From Promethearchaeota archaeon (GTDB lineage Archaea > Asgardarchaeota > Odinarchaeia > Odinarchaeales > JBHLKK01), in assembly GCA_048939465.1 (NCBI GenBank), contig JBHLPL010000032.1:1-18795 (forward strand): 18,795 nt of DNA, written 5' to 3'. This document shows, piece by piece, positions 17,110 through 18,795 of the stretch. Each line of letters begins with the position of its first letter. Positions within the stretch are counted from its first letter, which is position 1. Both the position numbers and the translations under genes were made by a program. Under the pieces are notes generated by a model that worked only from the letters and a program-made list of their open reading frames with translations, did not search any database and was not told the DNA's origin.

Positions 17110-17454
17110 TCAGTATGATTTATACTTCTCTCTACGGTGGATCAAAAGCAAGTTAGTTTTGCCGCCTCCTGAAATAACTCTTAGACCCTCATTAACCTCT
17201 CGGATATGCAAGAATCTTTTTACATACGGACGGATTCTGGATTTCGTTAACGCTGAATCTGATGTAACGATGACATCATTCCCATCCCTGACAGAATTTG
17301 ATTTCGGGAGTTTCTCTCCTAAGAATTTTGTCAACTCTTCTACCATTGCATCGTTGTGTTCCGACAGCTGATCTGCGTTAACAACTATTGTTACGCTTTC
17401 CTTATTCTTTTTGGATTTCGGCAATTCAGTCACACTCTTACTGGAGTGAACCAC
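17110..17454 (-). CDS. rpl22e: Ribosomal protein eL22 (L22e)-like
   Basis: VIVTSDSALTKSRIRPYVKRFLHIREVNEGLRVIS aligns by eye with eukaryotic eL22 [35 protein letters not shown]; basic N-terminus. Start may be TTG 17424. Confidence 0.7.
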   Translation of the reverse strand: MVHSSKSVTELPKSKKNKESVTIVVNADQLSEHNDAMVEELTKFLGEKLPKSNSVRDGNDVIVTSDSALTKSRIRPYVKRFLHIREVNEGLRVISGGGKTNLLLIHRREKYKSY

Positions 17455-17490
17455 CGCTGGTGATTCTGTTTACGTCCTACTACTGAAGAG

Positions 17491-17499
17491 TATAAAAAA
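17491..17499 (-). promoter_or_regulatory. Putative TATA box of the eL22-like gene
   Basis: TTTTTTATA on the minus strand upstream of the ORF. Confidence 0.5.
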
Positions 17500-17523
17500 G
17501 TTCCGAAGCGATTTCTGACGGGA

Positions 17524-18744
17524 TTATTCCGGTTTAACGGATCTGAGGAGGGAATACACTCTTTCTGCTACCTCATATGCATGACTGATCGCTGATTCTC
17601 TTGTGGTGTCCCATAATTGAACACTGCAAATAGGCTCACCTTTTTCGACAAACGCCCCAGGCGGTGGTATGTCCACGATATGCCTAATCTTCATCAAGTC
17701 TGGAATTATGCTTGCTTGTCTGGCAAACAATACCAGTTTTACGGAGCACCCCTTCGTCAAGATAGGGGTAGCTCTAAGATCTCCAAGACACGCTCTAATA
17801 TGCTCTTTAACCAAATTCAGACCTGAGACCTCCTCGATACATTCAAGAGTTCCTTGGAAACGAGGATTGCATTCCATGATGATTGGAGTGTCCTCCGGTG
17901 AGATTATGAAATCAAAACCATTTGAGCCGGCCAATTTGAAATCCTCTCCAAGTTTCAGTGAAGCCTGAATGATAGACTCGATGACATCTTCTTTGTCCTT
18001 TAGAGGCACAATGTTTCCACAGTAGCTAAAAGGTGCGGTAACGCCCAGCCCTCTCAAACCTATCAGCTGCTCGTTAGCGGTTACTGATACGCATTTCTCT
18101 CTGTCGCATAGGATAGAGACACTGACATCAAGCTTACCTTCTACATATTTCTGCACGTAAGCAGGTTCTCCCTTATGAGTCGAGATGATTTCCCATGCAC
18201 TTCTGAGTTCACTGTCTCTCTTTGCAAGCTTTAGCCTGAACCCCCCTGAAGTTGCATATGGTCTTAGAACGACTGGATATTGAAACTTGCTTGCTACAGA
18301 GATCGCATCCTCAAGATTTGTCACCCTCTCTGTTGGTGGTATCGCTAATCCAGATTTCCTGGCACGCTCAAGAAATTCGATTCTGTCTCTTACCTTCCGG
18401 ATTACTTGAGGCTGGTTCCCTAGGACCGGAGCTATTTCTCCCAGAGAGTCCCATAGATCTGGATAATCGTCAAGACCACTACTAACTAGAACATAGTCTA
18501 CCTCTTTGTGTTTCTTGGCCATTTTGAATGCAAGCTCCACCAGTTTCATGCCTAACGGGGCTTCAGATTCTGTTGGATGTTCTCCGAGGCCATATGTTTT
18601 GATCGCCTCGACATCATCTACGGTGCTTCTGAGGTCTTGGTCTCCCCAATAATCTACGGCGTATACTTCATGGCCTATTTTCTTGGCCGAGACCGCAGCT
18701 GGTCTGGAATTCGAACCGACTATAAGAATCTTCAATCTCCGCAA
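17524..18744 (-). CDS. ATP-grasp carboligase (COG2232-like)
   Basis: ILIVGSNSRPAAVSAKKIG..AVDYWGDQDL N-terminus; QKYVEG, YCGN, GSNGFDF, ECNPRFQGT and GEPICSV motifs. Confidence 0.88.
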   Translation of the reverse strand: MRRLKILIVGSNSRPAAVSAKKIGHEVYAVDYWGDQDLRSTVDDVEAIKTYGLGEHPTESEAPLGMKLVELAFKMAKKHKEVDYVLVSSGLDDYPDLWDSLGEIAPVLGNQPQVIRKVRDRIEFLERARKSGLAIPPTERVTNLEDAISVASKFQYPVVLRPYATSGGFRLKLAKRDSELRSAWEIISTHKGEPAYVQKYVEGKLDVSVSILCDREKCVSVTANEQLIGLRGLGVTAPFSYCGNIVPLKDKEDVIESIIQASLKLGEDFKLAGSNGFDFIISPEDTPIIMECNPRFQGTLECIEEVSGLNLVKEHIRACLGDLRATPILTKGCSVKLVLFARQASIIPDLMKIRHIVDIPPPGAFVEKGEPICSVQLWDTTRESAISHAYEVAERVYSLLRSVKPE

Positions 18745-18795
18745 GTTTTTTCCCTGTTTGTTCTTTTTGCTTCTTTCTTAACTTTTTTTCGATGC

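Noticed and set aside
1635-18485. The many short antisense or alternative-frame ORFs in the track (e.g. 2792-3340, 4403-4780, 6734-7279, 9782-10141, 16571-16930)
   Set aside because: All are nested in longer, family-recognisable genes and lack motifs; treated as shadow ORFs.
1-18795. CRISPR arrays, transposases, integrases, rRNA or tRNA genes
   Set aside because: No spaced direct repeats, DDE/HUH/TnpB motifs, T-arm consensus or rRNA signatures were found by eye.

Overview
Gene-dense archaeal chromosomal window. An Asgard-like (or Bathyarchaeia/TACK) origin is suggested, not proven, by an eL22-like ribosomal protein, an MglA-type small GTPase, KaiC/RAD55-like proteins and large Ig-repeat surface proteins. 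It encodes two large membrane-anchored surface proteins, two KaiC-fold proteins with degenerate P-loops, a SHOCT-like+Yip1 protein, a GT-C glycosyltransferase, a CitG-family protein, a 2[4Fe-4S] ferredoxin, a small GTPase, an eL22-like protein, an ATP-grasp ligase and several hypothetical proteins. The main discovery is a set of very short bulge-helix-bulge (BHB, tRNA-type) introns inside protein-coding genes. A 19-nt intron (14791-14809) exactly explains the apparent citG frameshift and rebuilds the conserved PKPGNVH motif. A 14-nt intron (10636-10649) removes the stop codon of the 877-aa surface protein. Weaker candidates span the stop codons of the Yip1 gene and both KaiC-like genes. This points to EndA-type mRNA splicing well beyond the known cbf5 case, possibly giving alternative C-termini. 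There is also an unassigned ~200-nt structured RNA candidate with a C/D-type kink-turn. All RNA pairings were worked out by hand; no folding program or database search was run.
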